DNA from: an uncultured Methanoregulaceae archaeon
GTDB lineage: Archaea > Halobacteriota > Methanomicrobia > Methanomicrobiales > Methanospirillaceae
Assembly (NCBI GenBank): GCA_963737635.1
Contig: CAVTTL010000001.1
Span: 512,001 to 576,000 of the forward strand
Direction: 5' to 3'
Length of the DNA: 64,000 nucleotides
This document shows positions 44,409 to 56,372 of the stretch, piece after piece (the first letter of the stretch is position 1; each line of letters opens with the position of its first letter). A program made the position numbers and the translations under genes. The notes below the pieces were generated by a model. The model was not told the origin of the DNA and ran no database searches. It saw only the letters and a list, made by a program, of their open reading frames with translations.

Positions 44409-45117
44409 ATGTCGCCTGTCTCATCTCCCAGGTACAGCCTGGTCATTCCTGCCTACAACGAGGAAAAACGAATTGCGAGCCTGTTTGAGTCCATCAGGCA
44501 GTTTGACGGGGAGCTCATCGTTGTTTGCGATGGAAATGACGGGACTGCTGATGTAGTTGAGACTATAGCTGAAAAGCCATCCTTCACTCTCTATCCGCTG
44601 CCTGCGTTTCCCCGGTCGCCTTGGAAAAGGTGGGGGCATCATCGCCGGGCTTGCCGTGGCACAGGCGCCACTCATCGGGTATGTTGATGCAGATGGTTCC
44701 ACCGAAATCGACGAGATGTGCAGGCTCTTTGGAAAATTATCCTCTTTTGATGCCGTAATTGGTTCACGCTGGGTACCGGGCTCTTCTCCGGCGATCCGAC
44801 AGGGTTGGATGCGCCGGCTGGAAAGCAGGGGATTCAACCTGATTATACGATCTCTTTTTGGTCTCTCTTTCCATGATACCCAGTGCGGCGCAAAAGTCTT
44901 TAAAAAATCCGCGGTTGATGCTGTATTACCCGTTCTCATTGCCCGGGGTTTCGAATTTGACGTCGAATTGATCTGGAGACTGCTTCGCGCCGGATACCGG
45001 ATCGAGGAGGTTCCTGTCGCATGGCAGAACAGGGGGGATTCACGGGTCAGAAGGGGAGATATGATAAGGATGCTCGCGGGCCTCCTTCGTGTCCGGCTTC
45101 ACTCGGAACAGTCATGA
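44409..45117 (+). CDS. GT2 glycosyltransferase (dolichyl-phosphate glucosyl/mannosyltransferase-like; frameshift near 44575)
   Basis: SLVIPAYNEEKRI, VCDGNDGT, GKGG, YVDADGS, IGSR, DTQCGAK and FDVELI motifs. Confidence 0.88.
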
Positions 45118-46930
45118 TGCCTGCAACAACAGATGATAAAAAAAAGGAAGCATTCGAACTGTACAACACCGGGAATTATTCAGAATCTCTGATGCTGTGC
45201 AATCAGTTAATAGAGACCGTACGTGACCCCGCTCTTGAGATTCTCGCGGCAACTAACCTGTTTTCCCTGGGAAAACTTGAGGACGCTGAAGTATATTTCC
45301 GGGATCTTGTCCGAAGGATGCCCGAATCGTCCCATATTCACAGTTACCTTGCAAAGGTACTCGAACAGGAAGGTGATGATAGTGCTATTGCCGAATATGC
45401 GGCAGCAGTCCGGCTCGATCCCGGCAACCAGGATGCACTGCGCAGTTATGCAGCCGGTCTGGTTATTCGAAATGACGAACGTGGTGCTCTTTCGTCATTA
45501 AAACGGCTTTACAAGATAGGAAAACGGCCCGATGATCTCAGGAATCTTACCGCTGCACTCACCCGTTCAGGTTTTGCCGACGAGGCTTGTGTCCTCTGCG
45601 AGTCTCATGGAGCAGGAAAAATAACGAGCCATGAATATGCCCTCGCTCTCTATGCAGCCGGAAAGGTACCAGGAAGCTGAACGTGAGGCATGGGGACTTT
45701 ATAATGAGACTCATGATCCTGCTATCCTTCGGGTGTATCTTGCCTCACTTGCCCGGGCTGACGCGGCCGCCGTTCCTGAGGCTTATACATCGTTTCTCAG
45801 GGAAGTTCCGGACCCCGGGATTTATCTGGATTATACGCGCCTTTTGCGGGATCGGGGAGAATACCTCCGGGCACTTTCAACAGTAAAAAAATTGATTGCA
45901 CTTGATAACACACCCCAGTACCGGCTGATCGCATGCGAGCTTTCTGCGGTGCTGGGCGATCATATAAATGCCCTCGCCGAATATGAAAACCTCATCCGGG
46001 ATGAACTGGATGCATCCCTCGCGTCAGAACTCTTTCGGGAGATCCTTGGATCCTACCGCCGGTATATCAACACACAGTTTCCGCCGGCGGAAGCTCTGAA
46101 ACGGTTTCTCGCTCTTGTGCCAGGCGACACAAACGTTGTCTGTCTTGAAGAGACCGCCCGGATGTATCTTGAGATGGAGGAAGTCGATGAGGCACGATCC
46201 TGGTATTACCGGGCGTATCGTGCTGATTATCTGAACGGTGGTCTTCCCTATGCGGGGTTCCTTGCCTTTTGCGGTGATGATCGTGAGTGTGAAAAGGTGC
46301 TGCTTCATATCCTTGCAAATGTCAGGAAACCAGCTGATCTCAACAGGGTAGCTGCAGCGGTTACTGAATGTGATGGGAAGTTGCAGTGTATGAGACGCAT
46401 TACCCGGCAGTTGATCCGGCGCATGGAGGAGCGGCGGCAGACACTCCGATCTGAGGACCGGGAGTATCTCGCTGAAGCGTTCCGGCGCGAAGCCGCCGAT
46501 GCACTCTCGCGGGATAACTATGCTGCATGCATATACAACTGTCTCTGCGGAATCGATGTACTTCCGGCGTATTCCCGTTCCTGTCATACAGATGACTTTC
46601 TCAATCTGATAAATCATTCAAAAGAGCTGATGCTCACAGACACCCCGGTCATGACTTTGCCTCCTGAAGTCAAAAGAGCAGAATCCGGGCAGACGATTCA
46701 AGAGATGATAGATAATCTGGGGCTATCCGGTCCAGAGCAAAAGATTGTGATATTCCTTGCCACACACAAAAGGGCAAGCGAAAGCGACCTGCGCCGGTCT
46801 GCTGTGCACCCGAAGGATTACCGGGATCGTAAATATCCTGATCCGGAAAGCGAAAGCACGGGGGATTATGCTTATAGAGAAAAAAGGTATGAGTGCTGAA
46901 GGGGAGGTCTATGAATACTGCGGACCCTGA
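45114..46930 (+). CDS. Large TPR/helical-repeat protein with a C-terminal winged-helix-like domain (frameshifts near 45662 and 46797)
   Basis: ORFs 45021-45680 and 45631-46899 join. The corrected end reads ...ASESDLRR.LCTRRITGIVNILIRKA...LIEKKG...EVYEYCGP* and overlaps the next gene. Confidence 0.7.
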
Positions 46931-48212
46931 ACAGAAAGAACAACGCCGGCATGAAAGTCTCAACATCATCAATGCGCTTAGAAGAGGAACTGTTCCGGCG
47001 GACGGTCTGGAAAGGATCGTGGTCGGACTCGATATGGAAGAAAGTGTAATCAGCAGGCAGCTGGACTATGTAGCTGAAGGGGGAGGCGACCTCAAGTTTA
47101 TCCGGGGGGATTTCGGAAGTGGTAAGACGTTTTTTGTCGCCCGGGCCCTTGAGATTGCGGGCAGTAAAGGATTTGCAACCGCACACATTTTTGTCTCATC
47201 ATCAGCCCCGCTCTCGAAACCAACGGCACTCTACCAGCAGATTTGCTCTCATCTCAAAACAAGTGAAGCGGAACATGCACTCAAAACCATTGTAGATAAC
47301 TGGATTTTCGCAATCGAGGAGCGGTTGATCTCATCGGGCAGGGGTGATGAGGGGGATGCCGTTCTCGAGGCGGCGGCAGAAAAGGAGATCGAAGCGGCAC
47401 TGGCCGGTATCAGTGAGACCAACACCGGCCTTGCCGCGGCGCTGCGAACCTATTATGAGGCCAACAATGCCGGGGATTTCCCGACAGCGCAGGCGGCCAT
47501 CGGTTGGATCGCGGCAGAGCCTACCATAGGACGTGATTTCAAACAGAAAGCGGGAATTAAAGGTGAAGTCGGCGATACTACGGCATTCTCATTCCTCCTT
47601 GGGCTCGTGGAGATCATTCATGGTGCCGGATACCGGGGGCTTGCAATCGCGATCGATGAACTCGAGACCACGCAGGGACTCCAGCGGAACCAGCGGGAGA
47701 GAAGTTACCAGACACTTGCCCGGATAATCGATGCGCTTGATGGGGGGCGGATGCCACATTGTTACTTTTTGTTCACCGGAACCCCTGCGTTTTTCGACAG
47801 CTCACGGGGAATACGATCAGTAACACCACTCTACGACCGGATCAGCGTAGTAGGAACAGACACCTTTAAAAATCCCCGCCAGCCCCAGATCCATCTCTCC
47901 AGATTCGACAATGGCAAACTGGAATTGGTGGCCCTTAAGGTGATTGACGTATACTCGCAGGCTTACCGTGAGGTGGACCGGGAGCGGGTTTCCCACCGGT
48001 TTATCCGGGCCATGATTAAAAAACTCACCGGGCGGTTTGGCGGCAGGGTAGACGTCATCCCGAGAATATTCCTCAAGGAGTTTATTGATATCTTGGACAA
48101 ATGTGAGATTTACGAAGACTACAACCCTGCCGATGCCTACGAATTCGATGTCGGACACTTGAAAGGAGAACTCAAAGCCGAAGAGGAAGCGGTTATGATT
48201 GTGGAGTTTTAA
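46911..48212 (+). CDS. DUF2791 / BrxD-like P-loop ATPase
   Basis: IINALRRGTVP..GL...VG, GDFGSGKTF Walker A, GYRGLAIAIDELE Walker B, FTGTPAFF and NPRQPQIHL motifs. Confidence 0.85.
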   Translation: MNTADPEQKEQRRHESLNIINALRRGTVPADGLERIVVGLDMEESVISRQLDYVAEGGGDLKFIRGDFGSGKTFFVARALEIAGSKGFATAHIFVSSSAPLSKPTALYQQICSHLKTSEAEHALKTIVDNWIFAIEERLISSGRGDEGDAVLEAAAEKEIEAALAGISETNTGLAAALRTYYEANNAGDFPTAQAAIGWIAAEPTIGRDFKQKAGIKGEVGDTTAFSFLLGLVEIIHGAGYRGLAIAIDELETTQGLQRNQRERSYQTLARIIDALDGGRMPHCYFLFTGTPAFFDSSRGIRSVTPLYDRISVVGTDTFKNPRQPQIHLSRFDNGKLELVALKVIDVYSQAYREVDRERVSHRFIRAMIKKLTGRFGGRVDVIPRIFLKEFIDILDKCEIYEDYNPADAYEFDVGHLKGELKAEEEAVMIVEF

Positions 48213-48364
48213 AAAAAAGACCCGAATAGACTGCTATTCAATCCAACACACTCTTCAATAGTGTGTCAAAAAATGATTCCAGACCCAAATATTATTACCT
48301 AATATTGCGATAAGCCGTTGTCAATATCTATCAGAATAGATCAAATCGCGTTCTGGTGAGAGAG

Positions 48365-49255
48365 ATGGGACAAAATTATCCATATGGGAAAGGCGACGGG
48401 ACTGTAGAGTGGGTATCTACTGAATGGTTGGGGAATCACCTCCATGATAAGGGACTTCTTGTCATTGACTGTCAACCAAATGTCCATGAGTATATCCAGG
48501 ATCACATTCCCGGGGCACTGTATGCACATGAGAACTTATTCCGGATTCATGATGGTGCGATTCCGACACGATGGATTCCTGCTGATTCAGCTGAGATCCT
48601 TTTCCGGACTTTGGGATTAGAACCGAAAAAACCGGCAGTGATATATTCAAGCAGTGGTCCTCTGACCACGTGTGGTAACTTTATTGGCGACGGTCTTGAA
48701 CAGACCATGGTTGCATATACACTCGCACGCTACGGTCACCAGAATGTATATCTCCTTGACGGCGGGCTTGAAAAATGGAAGGAAGAAAAACGCCCTCTCA
48801 CGCGTCAGTTCGATCTTGCGAAACCTTCGTCGTTCACGGTAAATCTTCAGAAAGATTTTTTCATAGATTATTACGAATTTATCAGGATGAAGGATCAAAC
48901 TGGTGTTGTCCTGCTGGATGCACGCCCCTCTCCGGTTTATGAAGGTCAGGGTCCATGGATCAGGCCCGGTCACATTCCTGGAGCAATCAGTCTGCCCTGG
49001 AAAAGCCTCATGGACGATAAAAACAAAAAACTCATGAAACCTGATGACCAGATCCAGAAACTGGTGCAAACTGCCGGAGCAACGCCGGACAAGACCATCA
49101 TCTGCTCCTGTGGGACGGGGAGAGAAGCTACCAATGAGTTCCTGCTTTTCAAATATTATCTGGGTTATAAAAACGTCGTTCTCTATGAAGGTGGATTCAC
49201 CGAATGGTCATCGTATCCGGACAATCAGATAGTGACCGGTAAAAACCCCCGGTAA
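48365..49255 (+). CDS. Tandem-domain sulfurtransferase (rhodanese/MST family)
   Basis: WVSTEWL, HIPGA (twice), LDGG, LDARP, CGTGREA active loop and LYEGGFTEWS. Confidence 0.92.
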   Translation: MGQNYPYGKGDGTVEWVSTEWLGNHLHDKGLLVIDCQPNVHEYIQDHIPGALYAHENLFRIHDGAIPTRWIPADSAEILFRTLGLEPKKPAVIYSSSGPLTTCGNFIGDGLEQTMVAYTLARYGHQNVYLLDGGLEKWKEEKRPLTRQFDLAKPSSFTVNLQKDFFIDYYEFIRMKDQTGVVLLDARPSPVYEGQGPWIRPGHIPGAISLPWKSLMDDKNKKLMKPDDQIQKLVQTAGATPDKTIICSCGTGREATNEFLLFKYYLGYKNVVLYEGGFTEWSSYPDNQIVTGKNPR

Positions 49256-49360
49256 CCTGATATTTTTTTTATTGTTTAGATCCAGGGAGTTGCGGACTTG
49301 AACAGGTATCCAAAAGCATGTGTTTTCATTCGGACTTAACACACGATGGTGGACTTCGAT

Positions 49361-50729
49361 ATGTGGTTTGAGCGCATCGTCGCAGAGGGATTAGCTCACA
49401 ACTCATACGTGATCGGATCTGGCGGAAAAGCGGGAGTAATAGACCCACGAAGGGATTGTGAAATCTACGTTGACCTCGCAAACCGGCACGATGCCGTAAT
49501 TACACATATTTTCGAAACTCACCGCAACGAGGATTACGTATCCGGTGGGCTGGAGCTTGCGCACCAGTGCAACGCACAGATCTATCACGGCCCCCGGATG
49601 GACTTTGCATATGGGAACCACGTCCGCGAAGGCGACCGATTTACATTAGGAACGTTGGAACTCTCTGTTCTTGAAACTCCCGGGCACACGGAAGAAAGCC
49701 TTACGTTTGTCCTCAAGGACACCGAAGTCCCGCATGAGCCGTATATGGTCTTTTCAGGAGATACGCTCTTTGCCGGTGATATTGCGCGGACCGACTTTTT
49801 CGGACCGGAAAGAAAAGCAGAAATGGCAGAAAAGATCTATGCAAGCATTGCCCGCAAGATCCTCCCGCTCGGGGATGGCGTAATCCTTTGCCCGGCGCAT
49901 GGCGCTGGTTCCGCATGCGGGAGCGAAATCGCCGATCATCCTTTCTCTACTATTGGATACGAGAAGCGCACCAATCCAGTCCTGGCACTCGGGAACGATG
50001 CGTTTGTCGCCCAGCGCACCACTGAGTCTCCGTATTTGCCGCCGTACTTCCAGCAAATGGAAAAGATCAACAAGGAAGGGCCAGCGCTCCTCCACGAACT
50101 CCCCCAGACCCACCCGCTTCCGGTATCCGCAGTGGCCTCCCTTATCGCATCTGGCTGCCAAATCGTAGACATACGTTCCCCCACGGCTTTTGCCGCAGGC
50201 CATATCTACAGTAGTCTTTCGATCTGGCGCGACGGAATCGCATCGTTTGCCGGTCTGGTTTCTAGACTACAAACAACCGATCGTTCTCGTCGACGATTTC
50301 TCCCTCAATCTCAAACCCGTACTCCTGCAGTTCATGCGGCTCGGCTACGACAATACGACGGGCTGGCTTGCCGGCGGTTTTCCCGCATGGTTCCGGGCCG
50401 CACAGCCGGTCGGGATGACCGGGACCTGCACGGTACAGGCCCTTAACGATCTCCTTTCCCGCGAAAAACCGTTCCTGCTTGACGTCCGTGACCAGAAAAA
50501 CCGGGAACACGTCGGGTATATATCAGGTTCAACACAGGTGTATATCGGAGAGCTTTCACAGCACATCGCAGATATCCCAAAAGACCGTCCTATTTTCGTA
50601 TATTGCGATTCCGGGTACAAAGGCAGCCTTGCGGCAAGCGTTCTTGCAATGCACGGGTTTACGGACGTGACAAATATTCTTGGAGGGATGCAGGCATGGG
50701 TGCATGCGGGGTATCCAATCGAACACTGA
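49361..50729 (+). CDS. MBL-fold hydrolase fused to two rhodanese domains (frameshift near 50255)
   Basis: IDPRRD, ETHRNEDY, TPGHT, FSGDTLF and PAHGAGS; C-terminal YCDSGYKG...LGGMQAW. Confidence 0.88.
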
Positions 50730-50799
50730 CGTACTATGAGCGTGGTGCGCAGTATCAGGTATAATCCAGAACGCGCTTGCGCCAAACCGTCCCGACCTG

Positions 50800-52083
50800 T
50801 CAGCAGCCAGGATGGTTCTTCCGGTTAAGTTTGGGACTCTTCAGCCGAATATTCACCGATTGAGCGTGAGCAGCAAGACCTTCGGCGGTGGCAAGAGTTT
50901 CGATGATTTCACCTATACTTTCAAGGCCATCCCGGGTAAGAAGCTGGACCGAGGATGTCTTACAGAAGTGATGTACATCGAGACCGGAATACTGCCGGGC
51001 AAAGCCGGCGGTCGGGAGCACATGGTTGGTACCTGAAGCATAATCCCCACAGGCGACCGGTGTGTAAGACCCGACAAAGATCGCGCCAGCGTTCCGGATG
51101 CTGCCGAGAACCGGGAGGGGATCGGCTACCTGAAGGGAGAGATGCTCCGGTGCGATTGCATTTGAAATCGCTACAGATTCAGAAAGATCTTCTACGACAA
51201 TATAGCCGGAATTTTTGAGCGCCTGATCGATGATCTCTTTACGCGGAGCATGTTCTGCCTGCTTTATTATCTCAGCGCCGACACGATCGGCAAGAGTGGC
51301 AGAAGTGGTGATGAGGATGCAGGCTGCATGAGGGTCATGTTCCGCCTGCGCCAGAATGTCAGCTGCGACATACGACGGTACAGCGCTTTCATCAGCGATG
51401 ACGGCGATTTCGCTTGGTCCAGCGGGAAAATCAATCTCGGCATAGTCACGCAGCATCATCTTTGCCGCGGTAACGTATACATTTCCCGGCCCTACAATCT
51501 TATCTACCGACGCGATGGTCTCGGTGCCAAGAGCCATTGCGGCAATCGCCTGCGCCCCCCCGCACTGGTAGATTTCTTTTACTCCGGCAATATCGAGAGC
51601 GACAAGCGTGAGCGGTTGAATCGGCGGTGGTGAACAGCAGCAGATTTCCGGAACTCCGGCGATCCTTGCGGGAATCGTGCACATAAGAGCCGTTGAAGGA
51701 TATGCGGCACGTCCTCCGGGAACGTACGCACCGACCCGGGAAAGCGGCGTAGTCTTCACGCCGAGGGTAATACCGGGCTCAATCTCGGAGAGCCAGAGAC
51801 CACGGGGCAGCTGGAGCTCATGGAAGCGACTGATCCGGACCTCAGCCTCTACAAGGCATTCAGTGACCCGGGGATCGACCTGCTCATAGGCAGCTAGCCG
51901 GGCATCTTCGTCAACAGCGATTGTATCCAAGTGCACCTTATCGAATCTTTCGGAAAGCTCGATCAGGGCCGCATCTCCCCCCGTTCTTACTTTCTCGATA
52001 ATTTCCTGGACAGGGCCGTGCACTTCATCCAACCGGGAAGTACGCCGTGAGACCCAGGTTTCGATATCTACCGCGCTCCACAT
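50800..52083 (-). CDS. hisD: Histidinol dehydrogenase
   Basis: YVPGG, GGAQAIAA, GPGNVYV, PAGPSE, QAEHD, APEHL and GDYASGTNHVLPT motifs. Confidence 0.97.
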   Translation of the reverse strand: MWSAVDIETWVSRRTSRLDEVHGPVQEIIEKVRTGGDAALIELSERFDKVHLDTIAVDEDARLAAYEQVDPRVTECLVEAEVRISRFHELQLPRGLWLSEIEPGITLGVKTTPLSRVGAYVPGGRAAYPSTALMCTIPARIAGVPEICCCSPPPIQPLTLVALDIAGVKEIYQCGGAQAIAAMALGTETIASVDKIVGPGNVYVTAAKMMLRDYAEIDFPAGPSEIAVIADESAVPSYVAADILAQAEHDPHAACILITTSATLADRVGAEIIKQAEHAPRKEIIDQALKNSGYIVVEDLSESVAISNAIAPEHLSLQVADPLPVLGSIRNAGAIFVGSYTPVACGDYASGTNHVLPTAGFARQYSGLDVHHFCKTSSVQLLTRDGLESIGEIIETLATAEGLAAHAQSVNIRLKSPKLNRKNHPGC

Positions 52084-52178
52084 AACAGGAAAAATCGGCA
52101 GGATAGATTGTTAAAGTTTCGTTATCCGGGCCTATTCAGCTCATGAATCTGCCACGAACCACACGTAGGTTCTAAGTT

Positions 52179-53312
52179 TCAAGACGTATTTTGCATGGGC
52201 CTCTTTTTTACCCACGCAAGAAGATACGCTGCCACAAGACCGATGATAAATGCTACCGTCATGGACGCCGCGAGTGCAAGAAGCCCAATGACACCGGTGA
52301 TGACTAATGAATCTGTTTTTAGGCTGTATCGGCCCATCTCAATCCCGACAAAGACAAGGAGCGCCCCAAGCACTCCGACCGCCACTATGGAGAGTACCTG
52401 CGGGGAGGAGAAGAATAGAGCGAGGACGATAAAGATCAGGCCGGCAATAATGCTCGCCCCACCGGTCCTGGCCCCATAACGGTACTGGCCGGCAAGTCCT
52501 CCTGCTCCGTGGCACATCGGAAAACCACCGAAAGGAACTGATATCAGATTCATAAGGCCAATCGTTGTTGAGAGTTTTTTTGGAGGAACCTCTTTTTCGA
52601 ACAAATCCTTAGTCAAAAGTGAGGTCGCAAGGATGGCATTTGCGATGGTAAGAACCACCTGCGGAAGTACGAGTGTGGAGAGGGCGGATGGGAAATCCGA
52701 AGGAAGCGGAATCACAAGCTCGAGGTGCCGGGATCAAACTGGTCGGTGGAATACCGTGCAGTACTATTCCGCCAATTACACCTACTGCAATAACGCAGAC
52801 AGATGAAAGGTCCGGGACGTCCCGGTAACGGACAAGCAGAATAAATGCCAAAATCATCGCGATTCCGACAATAAAAAAAGAGAATCCTTGATCACAAAAT
52901 CAACTGAGGCTTTAAAAAGGAGCAAGGCAAGGCCGAGCTGGATCCCCCGAACAACGCTTTCCGGTACCCATTTCCCGATAATAGAAAAACTTCTTCCATA
53001 ACCCAGCAAAAGAAAGAGAACCCCGATGATAAGACCAGCAGCGGCTATTTCTCCATTTCCAATCCCGCCGGCGATAACGATAACGGCGATAGCCTTCATC
53101 GGTTCGAGAGGGATAGGTAACCGATAATAGAACCCGGTCAGGATGAACCAAATCCCGAAAAAAAGGAGAATGTAACGTGGATTGACATTAGACACCAATG
53201 CGACAGCGAGGATAAGCGGGATGATCGTCCCAAAGTCCCCCAAGGACCCGGCAAACTCTGAGAGTGTGAATCGCAGGGGAATGAGTTCTTCATCGCTCAC
53301 AAATAGACACAC
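52179..53312 (-). CDS. Putative sulfate/molybdate transporter (MOT1 family; two frameshifts at ~52720 and ~52865)
   Basis: EFAGSLGDFGT, PLEPMKAIA, VVRGIQLG and PMCHGAGGLAGQYRYGARTG motifs. Confidence 0.88.
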
Positions 53313-53579
53313 CCTGAACTACAATCCATGCGTATAACGATACCAACGTTTTTGGCATTAATGATCTTTTCTATGAATTTTTCGAGGATCCCATTAAACA
53401 CCATCAACCCAAAAGAGAGCCTCCAATTTCATCTTTCATGCATCTGCGTAATTCAGTATTTATGAAGTCAATTATCCCGGGAAATGCCGGCCACAGGGAT
53501 CGTCTGGCAACATCAGAATGCTTATGTGTATAAGGTGGAAAGTAATCTTTACTTATCTTATCCAGGACCCTGTGTCCCC

Positions 53580-55189
53580 ATGATCTCAGCCCTCTACGTC
53601 GATGATGACCCCTTCCTGTTAGAGGTCAGTAAGCTGTTTCTGGAAAGGTCGGGTCGTATCCGCATCGATACCGCCGAATCAGCGGAAGAGGGGTTAACGA
53701 AGCTCAGTGAAACAGCATACGATATCGTCATCTCGGATTACCAGATGCCCGGAATGGACGGGATCGGGTTTTTAAAGATCGTTCGTGCCCGCTTTCCCGA
53801 CCTTCCCTTCATTATCTTCACCGGTCGCGGGCGGGAGGAGGTCGTCATCGAGGCTCTCAACTGCGGGGCGGATCACTATATCCAGAAAGGCGGCGACCCC
53901 CGGGCGCAATTCACTGAACTGATCCATACTATCCGGAGACTCTGTTGAGAAGAGACGAGCCCTTGAAACGATCTTCCACCTCAACCGACTGTACTCGGTC
54001 ATCTCCCGGACCAATCGGGCGATCATCCATCTCCGGGACCGGCAGGCACTCCTCGAAGAGGCCTGCAAAATTGCCGTTGAGGAGGGAAAATTTCTGATGG
54101 CCTGGGTCGGCATCACGAATCCGGCGACCCGCGAGGTCTGCCCGATCGCGGCATACGGGTACGAAGCGGGGTACCTGAGGTATGCTCTCCATCACCGTAG
54201 ATAACGTACCGCAAGGGATGGGCCTAACCGGCTCAAGCATTCGGGAGGGACGCCCGATGGTCTGCAACGACATCCAATCTGATCCAAGGATGGAGAAATA
54301 CCGGGAGGAGGCGTCCCGGCGCGGGTACTGTTCATCTGCAGCGTTCCCGCTCAGGAATGGGAGCACAGTCGTCGGAGCAATGCGATTTTACTCGAACGAG
54401 AATAATTTCTTCAATGACCGGGAACTGGCATTGCTGACAGAGCTTACCGATGATATTTCGTTTGCTCTTGAAATGATGGAACGCGATAACACGCTCACCG
54501 AGCTCCGGAGGGTAACCGATGCACTTCAGAACTCCAACCGGAAACTCAATCTGCTCAACAATCTTATCCGGCACGATATTCTCAATACGATCACCGGGCT
54601 CCTGGGCCTTGAGGACATGGCCCTCACCCGGATTCCCGACCGGGTAGGAAACGGGCTCCTTCTTGAGATCAAGGACAGTACCCGTAGGATCCAACAGCAG
54701 ATCACTTTCACCCGAGATTACCAGAATGTTGGCGTACATGCCCCGCAATGGCAGAATGTGCAGGCGGTCGTGTCTTTGGCGGCAAAGTCTGTAAGCCCCG
54801 GATCCGTGCGCCTCTCGGTGATGCCCGATGAGGGATTCGAGATTTTTGCCGATGCGATGCTTGAGAAGGTATTCTACAATCTGATCGATAACGCCCTCCG
54901 GTATGGTGGGAAGCTCTCCGAAGTCACTCTCACTCTAAAACAGGCAGGTTCCTGTCTTGCCATTACCTGTAGGGACGATGGCCTGGGCATCGTGAATGCT
55001 GATAAGGAGAAAATTTTCTGTTCGGGTTTCGGGACAAATACCGGTCAGGGCCTCTTTCTTGCAAGGGAAATTCTTGGGATCTCTGGCATCACCATCAAAG
55101 AGACCGGACTTTTCGGGCAGGGTGCCCGCTTCGAGATCACCGTGCCGGAGGGTGCGTGGCGGCTCGCTGAGGACCATAAGATACCATGA
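53580..55189 (+). CDS. Hybrid receiver-GAF-histidine kinase (frameshifts near 53935 and 54181)
   Basis: REC domain (VDDD, SDYQMP, FTG), GAF domain (SSAAFPL), H-box RHDILN, FYNLIDNA, DDGLGI and GQGLFL. Confidence 0.85.
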
Positions 55190-55260
55190 AAACTGCAGGC
55201 CAAGTGGGTTGCCGGGCCAGGATTCAGGATAATCTGCCGGATAGAGAAAAGGTAAATGGT

Positions 55261-55796
55261 TCACCGGCGCAGGATGAGTGACAGGAAAGAGATTCCGAAG
55301 ATAATAGTGACAGCCATGAGACCGATAGTGATCCGGCCAAGCCAGCGGTGGCACAGCCGAATGATTTTTTTTGACGCATTAACGCGCTTGATGCTATAGC
55401 CAAGAGCTATACACTGCAATAACTAACGTCCCTGTAGTGATACCCAATATTTCGTGAATATTGTGCAATTGAGGAAAACCGGAGAGCGCAACCATGTAGA
55501 TGCCGACAAAAATGCCGGCAATTATACAGGCACCTCCGATTCCTCCGAGAATTAAATGGGTTCTATACCAATGCCCGGTTTTGTGATATCTTGCGATGAT
55601 TAAACCGGTAACGAGAAGGATAAATCCTGCTGACATAAGAAGAACATGGTAAGGCCAGTATACCGCAATCCCTTGGTCAAAATTTCCGGCGCCTGTATCT
55701 TGTTGCGCCGACGGGAGCGCAACAGCTGAACCGCATAATACTGTCAAAATAATGGATATAAAGAGGACTAATAAAAACCATTTTTTCGCCGTGCAT
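55261..55796 (-). CDS. Cytochrome b561-like four-His membrane protein (frameshift near 55410; start uncertain)
   Basis: WPYHVLLM..GF...IARY...WYRTH...NIHEILG, and after the frameshift IALGY...LCHRWLGR; four core TM helices. Confidence 0.65.
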
Positions 55797-56171
55797 ATTC
55801 CGCGGCTAACCTCCGGTCAGCTGGTTGGGATTTTTCCGGGGGATCTTATTCTGATGGGACATTCACTGATGCATTATACAATATACCGGTATTTATCTCT
55901 TAAGAAAAGGTAGTTATCGGAAGATCAACGACAGGACCCTCACCATCAGAAACTAAATGTTAATTTTCTTAAAACGTTTTTATATGATAGTAGTTGCAGT
56001 TTCATTTAAGACATCTGACAGGTTAGGTTAATTGGCCACTACGTAAAATACGGCATTTTTCTTGTGGAGTGAGTTCTCCGCAAAAACTGACTCTCTCTCT
56101 GCAATCATCCGCAGCGCATCTTATTCAATAAATTTATCAGCATCCTACAGTAACAGTCAATGTGGTTCACT

Positions 56172-56360
56172 ATGGCTGACCTGTTCACGGATCTGCTCAT
56201 CTACGTTGGTTTTGGGATCATCATGTTTGCTATCGGAATGATAATCGGGTACCAGCTCCTGACAATGCATTATTCGAAACGTTTTATGATCCTTGCAAAA
56301 GACTGTTCCGATGCTGATTCCGTGGTTCCACTCATTGACGAACTCGAACGTGAGGCTTAA
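56172..56360 (+). CDS. Small single-TM protein (paralog of the next gene)
   Basis: TM helix followed by YQ..HYSKRFMIL...PLIDELE. Confidence 0.6.
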   Translation: MADLFTDLLIYVGFGIIMFAIGMIIGYQLLTMHYSKRFMILAKDCSDADSVVPLIDELEREA

Positions 56361-56372
56361 GGGTGGATTTGT

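Noticed and set aside
46911-48212. Complete BREX system
   Set aside because: No pglX, pglZ, brxC or brxHI in the window; only a BrxD-like ATPase.
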